Shown here: piece after piece, positions 27,926 through 42,963 of the stretch | Numbering within the stretch: position 1 is the stretch's first letter | Layout: each line of letters opens with the position of its first letter | From: Octopus vulgaris | Lineage: Eukaryota | Direction of reading: 5' to 3' | DNA: 64,000 bases | NCBI GenBank assembly: GCA_951406725.2 | Contig: OX597828.1 | Location: 5,828,001-5,892,000 of the forward strand | Translations under genes and position numbers: made by a program | The notes under the pieces: model-generated | Database searches by the model: none | What the model saw: the letters and a program-made list of their open reading frames with translations, nothing else | What the model was told of the DNA's origin: nothing

Positions 27926-28197
27926 TATATATAGAAACGTCACACTGTAAAAGATTATTTATTTCATACACGATATCCAGATTATTTCGATTTTATCACC
28001 GACCTACAACTCCCCTCTCTTTTGATATTACCAGGATTGCATGTAGGGTTCGAACTCGGTCACTTTTCGTGAACATGGTAATGCTCCTGAAATCATCTTT
28101 ACGAAAAGCTTGATGCAGAGTCAAAATGTTGACTCAATACATATAAAAATGCATCGAAATTTTCCAGCCTGTCATTCCTTTTTCGAACGCAGGAAGC

Positions 28198-28900
28198 ATG
28201 CTAAGACTGACACGAAATCAGAGAGAGAAGGCCATCAGTTGTCTCCCTTGCTGGTTAATGTCCCTCGCTCATTGCTAATGACTTGAACTGCTGTATTCGG
28301 ACAACTGAGCGGCAGAGGGAACGATACAATGCCACACACGGTTCGAGAGATCGTCCACACAGTGGCTGAGCGAGGGTTACAATGGCTTGTCAGGATCGCC
28401 ACCTGCAGCGACAACACTTGCAGGAACGATTCCGGAGGGCAACGGAATCAGCTAGGCAGACCATAGGGAGTGACCACAGAGAGTTCACCGCTAGTCGAGA
28501 TTTTTCAACCTGTCTTGTCGACATCCGGCTTGGGGCCCCATCCTCACAGATCGCCATCGACGGGCATATCGGCAATAGGCTCAAAAACGTCAAAACTGGC
28601 GATATCAGCAGTGGAGGACGGCAGTCTTCTCTGACGAATGTCGATTTAGCATTTCTGTGGCAGGTGGCAGAGCTAGGCTTTGGAGAAAACGGGGTGAACG
28701 TCATCCCGATGGCTTTGTGGTGGAGAGAAACTCATGAAGAGGACAGAGCATCATGGTGCGGGATGGGATTGCACTCAACCAGAGACTTGGATCGGTGGCG
28801 TTCCAAAACATTGAGGCCAAACATTATAAAATATTGGTGCATTCAATGTACATAAAATTCCTAGAGGTAATCAATGCTAACGGGGGTCACATGATATATT
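28198..28900 (+). pseudogene. Internally deleted Tc1-like transposase
   Basis: MLRLTRNQREKAI, DRPHSG*ARVT..QDRHLQRQHLQERFRRAT, WRTAVFSDECRF, GQSIMV, terminal VINANGGH. Confidence 0.8.
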
Positions 28901-29383
28901 GAATTCATCTCTTTCAATCCAAGACACTCCGTCACCACGTGACACACTGCGACTTCAAACATATTTCAGGAAATGACGTTTCATCATGGAAGAACGGTTT
29001 CTTAGCACTCTTTGATGCTATGGTAGTCTGCTAATAAATCAGTTTGTGTTTAGTATTTGTGCGACGTTTTGATTTTTGTTGTTCAGTATGTGTATGTATG
29101 TAGGTATATATATATATGCATGCATTTATGTGTATATATATATATAGATAGATAGATAGATCGATAGATAGATAAATACATACATATAGATATTACATCG
29201 CATACACTATATATTAAATATATTGCATATGTATATATAGGTATGTATGCGTATAGAGGTAATGGTAAGAAAGAGTGTGGGCGCGTAGGAGAAGTAGAGG
29301 GAGATTGCAGATGAAGAGATAGAGAGCGATCGAGAAAGACAAAGCAACAACGGTGATTAACTATTATCTTGATCAGAAATAAT

Positions 29384-29622
<239 letters not shown>

Positions 29623-30469
29623 CTTCCAGAAAATGTGACTTAATTGATTACACCGATAGATTTCATCTGAATGTGCAGAAGATCAGATATTACATTTGCT
29701 AGCAGGCAAGTGACATTGCATTACCCTTGTCACTGAAAGCTATCTCACTCTCTAATTCAAAACTCTAATGCGTCTTATTCTGATATTAAGACTAAATGTT
29801 TGAAGTATGCCGTATTTTATAAAAAGACCAACGTACTGAAATATTTCTGTATACATTAACAGAGTAGCATCTGATAAACATGTAACAGTCTGTGTTGGTA
29901 AAAAGTAATGTAAAACAATATACAATGAAATATATTCTTCCTCGTAGCATACATTTAATTCAATTGTTTGATCTTTTTGAATTTTCTGTTTTGTTTACCC
30001 AATGCAAGTCAGTGAATCTGTTAAAAGTAAAGCTTAAATGTGTTCGAATATTTCTCAGGCTCTCAAACTTGAAACCTTATACCGTCTCTACTCCTATATC
30101 AATTTCCATCAGATAACTTTCAAAAGGAAAGTTTCTATACAATACATGTATATTATATACTGAATAACATTTAAAATTATATGTTAATCAGATTCTATAT
30201 TACTTTTGTTTACCACTTAGCTACAGTTCGATATTAAAAAATTGGTCGAATAGATAAGGTTTCATAGACATTATCGTAAGTGGTAAGACGTCATTACCTG
30301 TTAGAGTGTCTTGATGAATCTCAGACAATGGCCCTAAACATACATACATACATACATATATACATACATAGATGCATGCATACATGCATACACACATACA
30401 TACAAACATACATACACGTACATACATACACGTACATACATACATAAACCCATCTATGTACGTATGTGC

Positions 30470-30500
<31 letters not shown>

Positions 30501-30530
30501 TGTATGCATATATATGTATGTATATATGCA

Positions 30531-30564
<34 letters not shown>

Positions 30565-30571
30565 CATACAA

Positions 30572-30630
<59 letters not shown>

Positions 30631-32699
30631 ATAGATATAGATACATACATAGATACATATATAAATACATAGACAGAGGCAGATGAATAAGAACATTCAT
30701 AAATACATACAGACACCTAAGATAATTTTTGGTGCGTTTATATTATTGTTTCAATACGACAAAGTAGCAGAGAATATTCTTATGGATGTTTGTCACTATT
30801 GAATACGGCAGCTTATAAAAAGTGTCTTTCTATAACTAATAACTTTCTAGGAACGGAAATGACTCGTCAGCTAGAATACTTTCAATGTTGTGTGCCTATT
30901 TCATCAGCAAACTCTTACCATATTTAACTGCTCAGGGAATCATTGTACTTGTTTATTCAGAACCAAAAGTTTAAATCGCTTATACCGATTATACATATCT
31001 CGAACTCATTTCTATAGTACAGTAATCTACTGTGAAGTACATACTGTACTATATGTATATGTGTGTGTGTGTGTGTAGATAAATATGTATATCCTGAGTA
31101 TGAATTTAAATTGTATGGGGGTAGTTGGGCTCTGGTTTAGGACTTTCAGGGTGGTGAGGAGTGTGGAACCACTTCTTATTATAGTTCACAGATCTACTCT
31201 TCACAAGTCGTTAGCGTCCCAGCTATTGGTTAACTAGAATATGAACCGATGGGAGTGAATGTCTTCTAGTTCTCGTTAGGCTTCCTTCTAAATGAAGATA
31301 AACTCGTAAGCAAAAGCCCCAAATGTGCAGATGGTTTCTGGTTGTCTTAACCACTGTTTTGCAACTCATTTTATAATTGATTGCGCTGGAATGTAGGTTT
31401 CGTGTTGTATAACACTTTATCCACTGAAGGTGAATTCATATACAGAAACATCTTGGACTCCGGAACGTTTGCACAGACTTACTGGGTCCCGGAAATTTTA
31501 GGTCTCAGATGTGATTTCACTACCACCATACCTGTGTGTGTCAATAAAACGAGTTAAGAACATTAACTCAGTTTGGCTGATGGCATGTCTTTGAAAATAA
31601 AAACGGTTTAGGATGTGTTATGTACTATGTAAAGTAAATTATTGGTCTGAAGTAATTATTTACGTTCCCACAGAAGTAACACGAATTGCATGTTTGTAAC
31701 TGCGATTAATTCCATATTGAAGACAATTTCAAGGGTCAAGAATTTTCCAAAACTGATATGTCACCGCAGATGTTGCATGTCACTGAAATGGCATTGAAAT
31801 ATTAAGGAAATGTCACCAGCAGAACCAAGGATGCCACCGCGGAAAATTCTTGTTTTCTCAATTTTCACCAATCGAAGATATCCAAGTCAGATGATGTGTC
31901 ATTTTTTTTCTTATTCTAAATCTCTTTATGCTGTTAGCCATAAATATTATCCTAAATACTAAACTGTTCTTCTTCTATGGATTCCCATTTCTTCCTAAAA
32001 TGCTGAGATGTTATCATATTCGAATCATTCTTTAGCGTTGAAACTCAACCTCATGCTTAACCAGGGCATAAATTAAGTTTTTGTTCTCCATTATTCCAGA
32101 GGGAACAAGTATTGTCATAAGCATTCAAGATTCATTTCGATTAAACCGATACTTGTGTGCAATTCTTACACCGTAACCGAGGAGTAACAACAATCCCGTA
32201 AATGTATCTCTTTAACTGCTCCACCCGTGAGGTTGAACACTCATCAGAAAATATCTTAAACGATTCCTCATTCTTCTGCATATCGTCTTACAAAAGTGAT
32301 GACATGAAAATAGTGTCTTCACTTCATATTTCTAGCTTCATTGATTCACATTTGTACATTGAAACATTTATCCTCTTTTTAATTTTGTGTTCTTCATTAG
32401 TCACACAGAAGTTTTGGATTGATTATCAGTCTTCATCGTTTATGTTTCTTCATGTTAAACATCAGTTACTTTTATTTAAGATAGTTCAGCTCAGTTGTTT
32501 GTAAATTACATCTCCTTCCTAAGCTTCTTCAACAAATATGATTCCTGTCTTCATAGATATGATGAACGTGCTCCCCTCTGTTATCATATCCACGAAATAA
32601 GTAATTTACCCTTGAGTTTACCTAAGTGGACATTTTTCATGTACTATACATCCCTTGTTATTTTGCTAACAGAAACCACCAATGTCAGCATTAATTGCT

Positions 32700-33180
32700 T
32701 CTTCGTACATTCTATTTCCTCCAACATCTTTCCAATTTAGGACTGGATTTTTCGTATTAGTTAGCTATTCACACATTTCATTGAAAACAATTGTGTCCGC
32801 ATATTTCTTAAAGTTATGCAATACTGACCAGCAGATAGAGCTCTCAGATTTACAAATCTAGAAAAGACAAACACGACCAATTTTAAAGTTCAGAACAATA
32901 AATCGGTTTCGTTAATTCTGGGTCTTGAAGCAGAAGCATGAGAATGTATGCTTAAATATAGGGTCCATCACCTTTAGCAACTCGTATTTTAAGAGGTGAC
33001 TTCAGTACATTTCATGACTTTACTGCTGCATAAATATCTGAGTAGAAACACTTAATAGATTTAACACTAGTGACCAAAGCGTTAACAGTATCACTCAGTG
33101 CTCGTAGAAACTTTCCTAACCAGATCTTAGACGAATACACGCAGAGTTTAACATTGCTATTTGAGCTGTGTTTGGTTTAA
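32700..33180 (-). pseudogene. Possible decayed DIRS/Crypton-type tyrosine recombinase fragment
   Basis: Minus translation AMLNSAC...SPLKIRVAKG...TLKLVV...ALSAGQYCITL resembles the DIRS recombinase order SAINTARSA...HPLVxRFLKG...TLKxVMLLALxxGQRxQTL. Confidence 0.3.
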
Positions 33181-34099
33181 GATTGAATTTAATAAAACAG
33201 TTCAATGTTGACGAATGATTTGTATCTGATCAAATTCTGCGACGAAATTACTATTAATGAAGTACCTACAGGCAAAGTACCTACAGGACTTGCAGGCAAA
33301 TCATTGCCTTAGGTACTTTGATGATCAACATAGTTTTACTCATCTCATCGATACGATGTTAGTTGATCCTTTTTATTGTTTTTAGAAATTTAGATAATAT
33401 TTAAAAGATAATAGGTGTGGACACACATATATAAATTACTATCGGAGGTTACTCTACTAAATTCGCCCTCGAATACAAATTGTACCACCGAAAGCTGGTC
33501 ATTGAAAAGTTTTTCTCGTATTATTTGAATGAAGGTTTACTTCTATCACTCCGTAAAACATTTCTCTTTTACTACAACTTTACAATAATAAATCTCCACG
33601 TTTTAGTCGATACCTTAAATTCTTATTTTGTGTAAAAAAAAAGAGATATAAATCACACATCAGCAATTTATTTCAGAATTCTTCAGCGTGTTATTAATTA
33701 CGAACGCTTTATTTCAGGTAAACAAAATGTGTATGTGTTCTGTTATGTAATTACACATAGATTATATTTGGAGAAAGATGAAATTGCTACAGCTCAACCA
33801 CCTTTGAATATTAACTACGTCTTTCACAGTTAACCTTGTTGTGCTCCTTAATAACAGCAACGGAGAGAGCTGGAATATTTAATAACAGGCCTGAATAGAT
33901 ATTAACGGATCTAGAGATATTTTCCTTAATAACAAACATGACAGAATAATAACAGAGTACAGAGATTTTGGTCAGATTCATAGATGAGTGCTCAACCTGA
34001 ACCTTAATATGAAAACAGCTGAGTATTCCACAGTTATGAATATTCTAAAAGCTTTTCTCCAGTAAAGTCAGCTTGACACGGCGTAACTACGATGGATCT

Positions 34100-35000
34100 T
34101 TCAATTACAGATACCCTCTATTTGTTCGTTTTCTGCATAGTTAGTATGCGCAGAGTTTCACTCAAATACGAAGCGGTATCAGATCGTTCCCGGACAAGTT
34201 CTGCTGTGCGCGGTTGCATGAGCAGTGATTTCGTAAAGTCTGCATTACTCTTGAAAAGCCTGCTACAGAGACATTGAAGGTGCTTCGTTAAGCTTACGGC
34301 GACGAGGCAATGGGTCGTACGCAAGGTTTCGAGTGGCTAGGCACTTCAAAAGCGGAAGAACGTCCCTGGAAGACGATGAGCGGTCTGAATGACCAGCTAC
34401 GAGTGTTGACCTCAGAAATATAGAGAAAATTCATCAGATTGTGCATAAGAATTGCCTGAGGACAATCAAAAACGATCGCCACCTGCGGAGATTTGGCATT
34501 ATGCATCGGTAATTCGTCCCCGAGGGCCAGACCGTCAAATGAGAGTTATTCTGCGTCGTTTTGAAGCATGTGATGGAGGATATTCGGAGAAAGTGATAGG
34601 AGTGCAAATCAGTGGATTGTACATAACGACAATGCAACCTGTCACTCACCTATCCTCACTTGTGATTTTCTCTCCAATAACAACGAGCTATCCCTTCTGA
34701 ACGCGTCCTATTTGCCAGATTTATCACTAGCAGGCTGCTGTCACTTCTCCCAAGAAGAAAAGGCAGCTCAAAGGTCACTGTTTTAACATGGTTTTGTCAT
34801 GATCCAGAGTGAATCGCAGAAGGTGTTCCATTTATGGAAAACGATTTCCAAGCCGGATTCCAAAAGTGGCAGGAACACTGGAACCGGTGTATTGCTGGGC
34901 AATGTGTCTATTTCGAATGAAATGATATTAAAACTTAGGTAATTAAGGATTTTCGTTTTGAAACATAATTAGTCCTTGAAAATTTTGATAACACCTTGTA
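34100..35000 (+). mobile_element. Decayed, internally deleted mariner element
   Basis: PATETLKVLR*AYGDEAMGRTQGFEW, FKSGRTSLEDDERS, FVPEGQTV, WIVHNDNA, YLPDL, FQKWQEHWNRCIA; TIR-like end AATTTTGATAACACCTTG-TA at about 34981-35000. Confidence 0.82.
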
Positions 35001-36306
35001 GCTTCGGTGGACTGAATTACTTTTATTTTTGTCTTAGAAAGTCCTAAACAAAACGGTATGCCGCTTGGTGGAAGGCGCTATGAAGAAAGAAAAATTAAGA
35101 CGAAAGGACTAAATTTAATTTAGCTTCAAAGAGTACGTGTCACAAGAGTGAGGAAAACAATGATTTGGAAGAAAAATTTCAAAGTCTGACAACTACGACT
35201 GTAGAAAGATTTCTTTACTTGTGGAAGCACAACAGCATTTTGATGCAGACACTGTGAGTTTTGAGTTAGGTGAGATTGCAGAAATTGTTCCGGGACAAGT
35301 GAGAGAAAGAGCACTATTAAACAATAGATAAAACTAAGACTGGCGACAGAATTGCCAAGCAAAACATTTTGACATTTGACCTCATAACTGCAAAGCAAAT
35401 TTCTTAACATTCTTGAAACGCTATTTTAAATTATTTATCAGATTTAAACAAGTAAAGTACAATTAATTGGAGGTAACATTAAGATTAATGTGCTGCTGAG
35501 CTGCAAAATATCAATTACATGTGATAGGAGACTATAATCATAGAAGGATAAATTCGGGGAAACACAAAAGAACATGAAAACCTTGGTGTTTATTTCTAAA
35601 GGCGCAGCTGAATATGCAGTCGTAGTCAAAACATTTCAAGTCATGACTATCACACCATATTCATTCAGACGAAGGGGATTGCAAGTCAAAGAAGGAATTT
35701 TGTCTGGTCAATCGACCTGGTTGAAATAGTAGTCAGAAACTTAGGAACACAGAAATGTGTTTTCGTTTTCTTTTTTTAATTAGGAAGCATCTGATGGCAA
35801 GGAAAACACGTAGGACATCTATCATTTCAAATACCTCATGTCCACAATGAAAGCTTCTGTGTTCAACTCAATGGGCAGGCCGTAAAATTAATTAAAGTGA
35901 TATAAATACATTTAAAAAATATCATTTCATTACTAAGATGTTTAGAAATTTAAATTATAAAAAAAATTCATAAATAAGTATACATAAAAATAAATCAGTA
36001 AATACATAATTAAATAAAATAGGAAATCTTTAATAGCTTTAAGTAATTAAAGAAGTAATTCAGTTCAAGAAATTAATTGCATTTGCAGCAGTCTTTTCAC
36101 AATACTACACATAACATTTAATTAATACGTTTGATCTGTTACAGTAAATATAATAGTCATTAATATGATAGATATAGCATCCACACACACACACACAAAC
36201 ACTCGCATATGATATATAAGTACACACACGCTTATACATACAAACACATATATACATATGTATGTCTGTGTATATATATATATGTATATATATATATATG
36301 TATATA

Positions 36307-36359
<53 letters not shown>

Positions 36360-36401
36360 ATATATGTATATATATATATCTGTATATATGTATATATGTA
36401 A

Positions 36402-36444
<43 letters not shown>

Positions 36445-37139
36445 TATATACATATTAATGATGGTTTGCATATACATATATATGTATATAAATGTTTGTA
36501 TACATGATACGTATATATCTATATTTGTATATATGATACATATGTGTATGTGTATGTGTGTGTGTGTTTATGTATATGAGGAGAGAGAGAGAGAAAGAGA
36601 AGTACATAAGTGTAGGTATACACGGTATATCTGTATCAGCCACCGTGTGTGTAATTCTATATTACATTTTATGTACTTTTCAATAATGTTATTGCTTCTT
36701 TGATCTATATAGTTTATGATTGTTATAGATGTATCATATTTCATCGTAAGATCCACGACACATCGTTTCATTGCAGACGTTATATATATATATATATATA
36801 TATATATTTCAACTTCATCTACACTCATACACACACATACACACACACGCACACACACATATGCACACACACACACATGCACACATACACACACACACAA
36901 ACACACAAGCACGCACGAATTATGTAGACAGGAATCATCTTGTGTATGTATGTGTATGTAAAAAAAGGTGTATGTATACATGTATGTTTGTAGCTATATA
37001 TTTAAGTATGTATATAATGATAGGAGACAGTAATGTTCGATTCGCAACCAAAATTAAGAATCAGGACTGGATTCCATAATCCTGCCCACAGTCCTGTAGA
37101 ATTCCACTCAGGGCACCAGCCTCGAAATAGCCTAAAGTG

Positions 37140-37507
37140 CGGAATACAAACGGAATAATGATGAGATAAATGCTTGACTGCATAAAGTTTCTAATGCTGT
37201 TATGTAATTTTTCCAGCATTTTGATGGGTAGAGAACCCTTTCGGTCACGAATGACCATGGGATTGCACATACAAAGTTTCCCTCCGAGCTACAAGTCTGG
37301 CCAAGATTGCATTTCGTAGAAGACCAATAGTCGCCCATCCACACCGCCGATGTTATACAAGAGAAAGACAAAGGACAATACATTTCTACAGCTGAGTTAA
37401 CTGAAGTGTTTTACTGAATAACACAAAACAGCCCGTTCCAGGAACCGAACTTATTACCTCATGATTGCGAGCCCATCGCTCGAACCAATGAGCCATGGGC
37501 CTTCACA
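37140..37507 (-). mobile_element. Decayed tRNA-derived SINE
   Basis: Minus head TGTGAAGGCCCATGGCTCATTGGTTCGAGCG...AGTTCGGTTCCTGGA; tail ...CAATCCCATGGTCATTCGTGACCGAAAGGG. Confidence 0.6.
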
Positions 37508-37642
37508 TGAATTTACTATAAAGCTTTGAAAATCACACTTGTTTTCTACTTATTCGCTTAATATAAGTTTATGCACATTTATATAAGTATGTAAGAAAGT
37601 ATATATGAATGTATATGTATTATATATTTTATAATACATATA

Positions 37643-38035
37643 TATAGGCGCAGGAGTGTCTCCCTGGTAAGAAACTGTCTTCCAAATCACATGGTTCCGG
37701 GTTCAATCCCACTGCGTGGCACCTTGGGCAAGTGTCTTCTGCTATAACCTTGTGCGACCAAAGCCTTGTAAGTCGATTTGGTAGACGGAAAAGGAAAGAA
37801 GCTCGTCGTATCTATACCTATATATTTATATATACATGTATGTATATATTTTTGTGCCTCTGTTTGTCACCCACCATCGTTTGAGAACCGATTTTGGTGT
37901 GTTCATGTCCCCGTAACTTAGCGGTTCGTCAAAAGATTCGATAGAATAAGTACTAGGCTTACAAAAATATATCCTGGGATCGATTTGTTCGACTAAAGGC
38001 GATACTTCAGCATAGCCACACTCAAATTTCTAAAA
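37643..38035 (+). mobile_element. SINE family A
   Basis: TATAGGCGCAGGAGTG...GGTTCCGGGTTCAATCCCACTGCGTGGCACCTTGGGCAAGTGTCTTCT. Confidence 0.88.
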
Positions 38036-38484
38036 CTGAACGCAGGTATTTTGGAACGATATTTTCGCATTGTGTCAGCGCTTTTGTTTTTTTGTTTGCA
38101 ACATTTCAGTTACACTTTTCATGAGGAAATATGTATAGAGGATGTTGTTTTAATAGCATTATAGAATATTCTCAATTTAGGCTCAGAATTAGAATGCCTT
38201 TAAAGTATTCGTGTTTTGTTTTTCTGAGACGTTGATTTCCTACCTGTCTTTTTAACAAAAGAAAAAAGATGTTTTGAAGTGTCTGTTTGCAGAACCGACT
38301 TGCTGTTGACAAGTTTGAACATTAAGTGATAAAAACATATAATTCATACTTATGTACCCATACTAATTTTGTACAAATTTTCTAACCTTTTCACCGAAAG
38401 AATTTTCAATGCACTGTCACAGAATGAGGTGAAATAAAATGAGACTTTTGTTTAGAACATTTGCATTATTTATGGTGAGATAAG

Positions 38485-38678
38485 GTTGCAATGTGGCAGA
38501 ATTGTTAGCACGCCGGGCGATATGCTTACGTTCTGAGTTCAAATTCCGCCGAGGTCGAATTTGCCTTTCATCTTTTCGCGGTTTGTAAATTAAGTACCAG
38601 TTGCGCACTGGTGTCGATGTAATTGATTTATCTCCTTTCCTAAATTTCAGGTCTTGTGCCTATAGTAGACAGGATTAT
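38485..38678 (+). mobile_element. SINE family B (Meta-domain-like)
   Basis: TGGCAGAATTGTTAGCACGCCGGGCG...GAGTTCAAATTCCGCCGAGGTCG...CCTTTCATC...AATTAAGTACCAG; ATT tail. Confidence 0.8.
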
Positions 38679-38894
38679 TGACTGAGTTCTTCCCATTCTC
38701 TAATGTTTAGGTTTTCCCCTGTTTTGTTGTATTGCATGTTCCACTAGAAACGTCTTCCCTTTCTCTTAGCGGCATTACTTCTGATTCTGGTGTGAATTTC
38801 GCCTTCGATAGAATTCTTTAAGTTTTGAGGGTTGGCTTCGGTTCTTTCATTAGATTTGTTTCAAGACATCACACTTGCAGAAATTTTAATCGAA

Positions 38895-39250
38895 CGAATC
38901 AACCTCGGTATTTAGATTTTAAACTTGGTATCTAGTCGATCGGTTTCTTTGCCAAACCTCTACCTTATTTGAACGTAAACACACCAACACCGGTTTTCAA
39001 GCGGTAGTGGGGACAAACGCAGACACAAGACACACACGTATAAATGAATGAATAAATAAATATATATGTGTGTGTGCGTGTGTGTGTGTGTGTGCGTGTG
39101 TGTGCGTGTGTGTGTGTCTGTGTGTGTGTGTACGAAGGACTTCTTTCAGTTCACGTTTGCCAAATTCACTGAGAAAGCTATGGGTGTCCAGAGGCTATAG
39201 CAGAAAACACTCATCCAAAGGTTCAACGTAGAGGGAAGGAACCCGGAACA
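38895..39250 (-). mobile_element. SINE family A, decayed
   Basis: ACGTAAACACACCAACACCGG...GGACAAAC...CTTCTTTCAGT...GAGGCTATAG...GAACCCGGAAC. Confidence 0.65.
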
Positions 39251-39761
39251 ACCTAAGACTACGCCTTGTTTATAATTTGTGATTTATAGTTAGTTTTGAA
39301 TATTGGTGTGGAATTAGAAGTTATCGTTTGGGCGAATGCACCATATTGTGCTTCTCAGATTAGGAGCGATGTCAAATAGAACATTTGTTAGTACCTTGTA
39401 TTCGCCGTAATAGTTGACGTTTGTCTGTAAGAGAGATGCAGTTATCTGTTCTGCATTGGCTATGGTATGATTTACTTATATTTTTAAAAATATGTTTGTA
39501 TAAGAATGAATATTTTTAGTTCCACCGATCATCGCTCTCGACCATTTTAACCCACGACACGAATTAATGAGCATGTACGGAAAGCCATATCAAATAGTAC
39601 CTTTCTTTTAATACTGCATGCTTGCAAAGATCTAAAATGTAAGTACAGGGGAGAGTCCTCCTTGCAATAAATATTGGTTGTAACAGTCCCATTTTCCTGA
39701 AAATATACACATACGCACACTTACGAATATAAATGTGTGTGTATACCTATGTGCCTGCATG

Positions 39762-39763
<2 letters not shown>

Positions 39764-39799
<36 letters not shown>

Positions 39800-39900
39800 T
39801 GATGATAATAATAATAAAAATAATAATAATAATGATAATAATAATGATAATAATAATGATAATAATAATGATAATAATAATAATGGTAATAAAAATAATG

Positions 39901-39943
<43 letters not shown>

Positions 39944-39959
39944 TGATGATGATGATGAC

Positions 39960-39996
<37 letters not shown>
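39764..39996. repeat. (AAT)/(GAT) compound microsatellite
   Basis: Direct reading. Confidence 0.97.
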
Positions 39997-39997
<1 letters not shown>

Positions 39998-40277
39998 ATG
40001 TATATATGCATATATGTGTATCTTTCTTGCCATGCACGGACGTTTAAACAGGCGGACGCGTTTTTCTTTCTCTCTTCTATCCTTTCTCTTTCGAAAAAAT
40101 GTTTCTCCCAGTGTTCATTATTCCCCACTCGTTCTGGACTAACGACCATCCATATTTGTTTTTTTCTTTTCTTTTGGTTTCCTTGTATGAGTCCATTGCC
40201 ATTTTTGTTCCCGAATTTGACCCCTCATAGATCCTAAGTTTTATTTTAGAATTTATGGGAACAAATGTCTTAGAAGA

Positions 40278-40340
40278 CTTATATTGTCGTCGAATACTCG
40301 AAATGAGGAGTAGATAGACAACCGACAACTGATGAAGGGT
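40278..40340 (+). ncRNA. Candidate non-circularly permuted hammerhead ribozyme (copy A) within a repeat element at about 40020-40430
   Basis: CTTAT-A-TTGTCG ... ACTC-GAAA-TGAG ... CGACAA-CTGATGA-A-GGGT; all three stems can pair. Confidence 0.65.
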
Positions 40341-40454
40341 CCTTTCTCTGCGTTAGCTTGTCCTGCTTTCCCTCTTTTTCTCGTTGTTAAAATATTTCAT
40401 GTTATTTGCTTATTTAACCGTTGATGACGTATGTATATACATACACACACACCT

Positions 40455-40538
<84 letters not shown>

Positions 40539-40686
40539 TCAACAAAAGAATGAAACCTAGATATTAGACAAATGGACGATTATTTGTGTATGTTATAGTT
40601 TAGAACAAACAGTAAAAGATTGTCGTTATAGTACTCGGATTTTCGATTATCGGAGCGAAGAGCTACGATGCCTTCTCGTTTTAATG

Positions 40687-40747
<61 letters not shown>

Positions 40748-40780
40748 GTGTGTGTGTGTGCATGTGTGTGTGTATATATG

Positions 40781-40828
<48 letters not shown>

Positions 40829-42464
40829 GGAATAACATATATATATATATATATATATAGCGTGAGAGGAGGAGAAAGAGAGTGAGGGAGAGAGGGCGAG
40901 AAAAGCAGGGAGATCTTTGACGGAAACAGGGTTAGAGCACCAAACAGAAAGACTCTGCTCATTCCATGGATTCGCTATTTCCATTCCTAGTTTACGTAAC
41001 ATTTTATGCCCAAGGTTCTCTTTTGTGTAACTTAATGTCAAACATTAACATTCGCCAAATAATCAGCGTAATTTGACACTGATATATGTATACTGCCATC
41101 TGCTTTATATCATACTATATGGCGGAACGATTTAGAATCAACCCCTACAATATTTATCTCAAAAATTCCACTGTGTGTATATGTGTTTAACTGAATTATT
41201 TTTCATATGCTAATGACTGCATAGGTTTTTAATGAATGTGCATACAACAACAAGGTACATGTTCGTTTTCCTTTTCATAACAGTAATTGCATAACCGAAG
41301 ACAAATTCACACATTGAATAGATACGAATAATGAGATGAGCGAAACTGAAACAAAGAGATGTATTAAATTATACTGCGTTGCTAAAGGGACTTTAAACTA
41401 CAGCATGGATGTTTTACGCTCTTCATTGCCAAGGAGAAATATTAATTACATGTTCATGACTAACTCTAAAATCCTCTATAGAATTCACGTTTGCAAACAG
41501 ATGTGAAATCGGAATAAAGCTCATATGTGCTGTGGAGTTGTAAGATAAGAGTATAATATTTTCATCCATATGTTCAATGGAATATACAAGCTACAAGCTC
41601 CATTGTGTTTTGATGTTTCTAAAAGCCATCGTTGCAATCCCTTGATGTATATTAGTTATTTGTTGTTTGCGATAAAAACGTAATTAGTAATACTATCTAC
41701 TCCGTCCTTCCGATAATGAAGAGAGCAATTGTGAAAGGTCGAAGTTGTTAAACAGATTAAGTCATTGGAATCCTTGTCGGCTATCTAATAGGATCGACAT
41801 AATTCTATCATAGCTTGATTAATAGAATTAGACACTGTGCTTTGATATAGTCACTATGGCCGCTTTCCACGTTAGATTGATAGCGCTTTGATCTTGAGGA
41901 AATGTGTCAGAAGAGAACAAAATCTGTAAAACAGCTATCATCAAGACACACAGATTTAACGGTAATCGACTACGAGAGTAGAAAAAATACATTAAGTAAT
42001 TGCATAATTAAATAAATATTTTTCTCGGTATCATATACATATAAACATACACACACAAATCACAAACACACATGTGCAAAGAGAGTGAGGAAGACAGAGA
42101 GAGACAGACAGACAGGGACAGAGAAAGAGAAAAAGAGAGAGAAAGAGAGAGACAAGAGTGAGCTAGAGAGAGAATATTGCACATACGTATATACGCATAA
42201 ATGTATATATACATATATCGATAAATGTACGTATTTTACTGATGTATATTTGGGATTATAGGTGTAAAACATCAAATACATCAATAAATCCAATAAAACC
42301 CCCGAGGAAGAGGTATGCAGCATCTATTATACACTATAGATTACCAATAGGAATATAGCGTATACGTATAGCAATACTAGTATACACATAAGTTACAATG
42401 TATACTTGCCAATGTAGAAAGACGGATATACACACACACACACACATACACACACACACATGTA

Positions 42465-42512
<48 letters not shown>

Positions 42513-42533
42513 CATGTATATATATATATACAC

Positions 42534-42575
<42 letters not shown>

Positions 42576-42634
42576 AATATATATATATATATATACATAT
42601 ATATCGATGTATGTGTATTTATATACATATGTAC

Positions 42635-42687
<53 letters not shown>

Positions 42688-42841
42688 TAAATATAAATAT
42701 ATATATATTTATATATATATATATATATATATGCATATATATAAGGTAGACAATGGAAACAGATATAATAATCATTTATTTATTTATCAGAATCAAATTT
42801 GAGACTGGATTGATATCTACCCGGATTTTTCTCCCTACTTG

Positions 42842-42910
<69 letters not shown>

Positions 42911-42963
42911 GAAATATTAAAATTACTAAGTCTCTCTAAAGGAGATTACGGCAGCATTACTGG

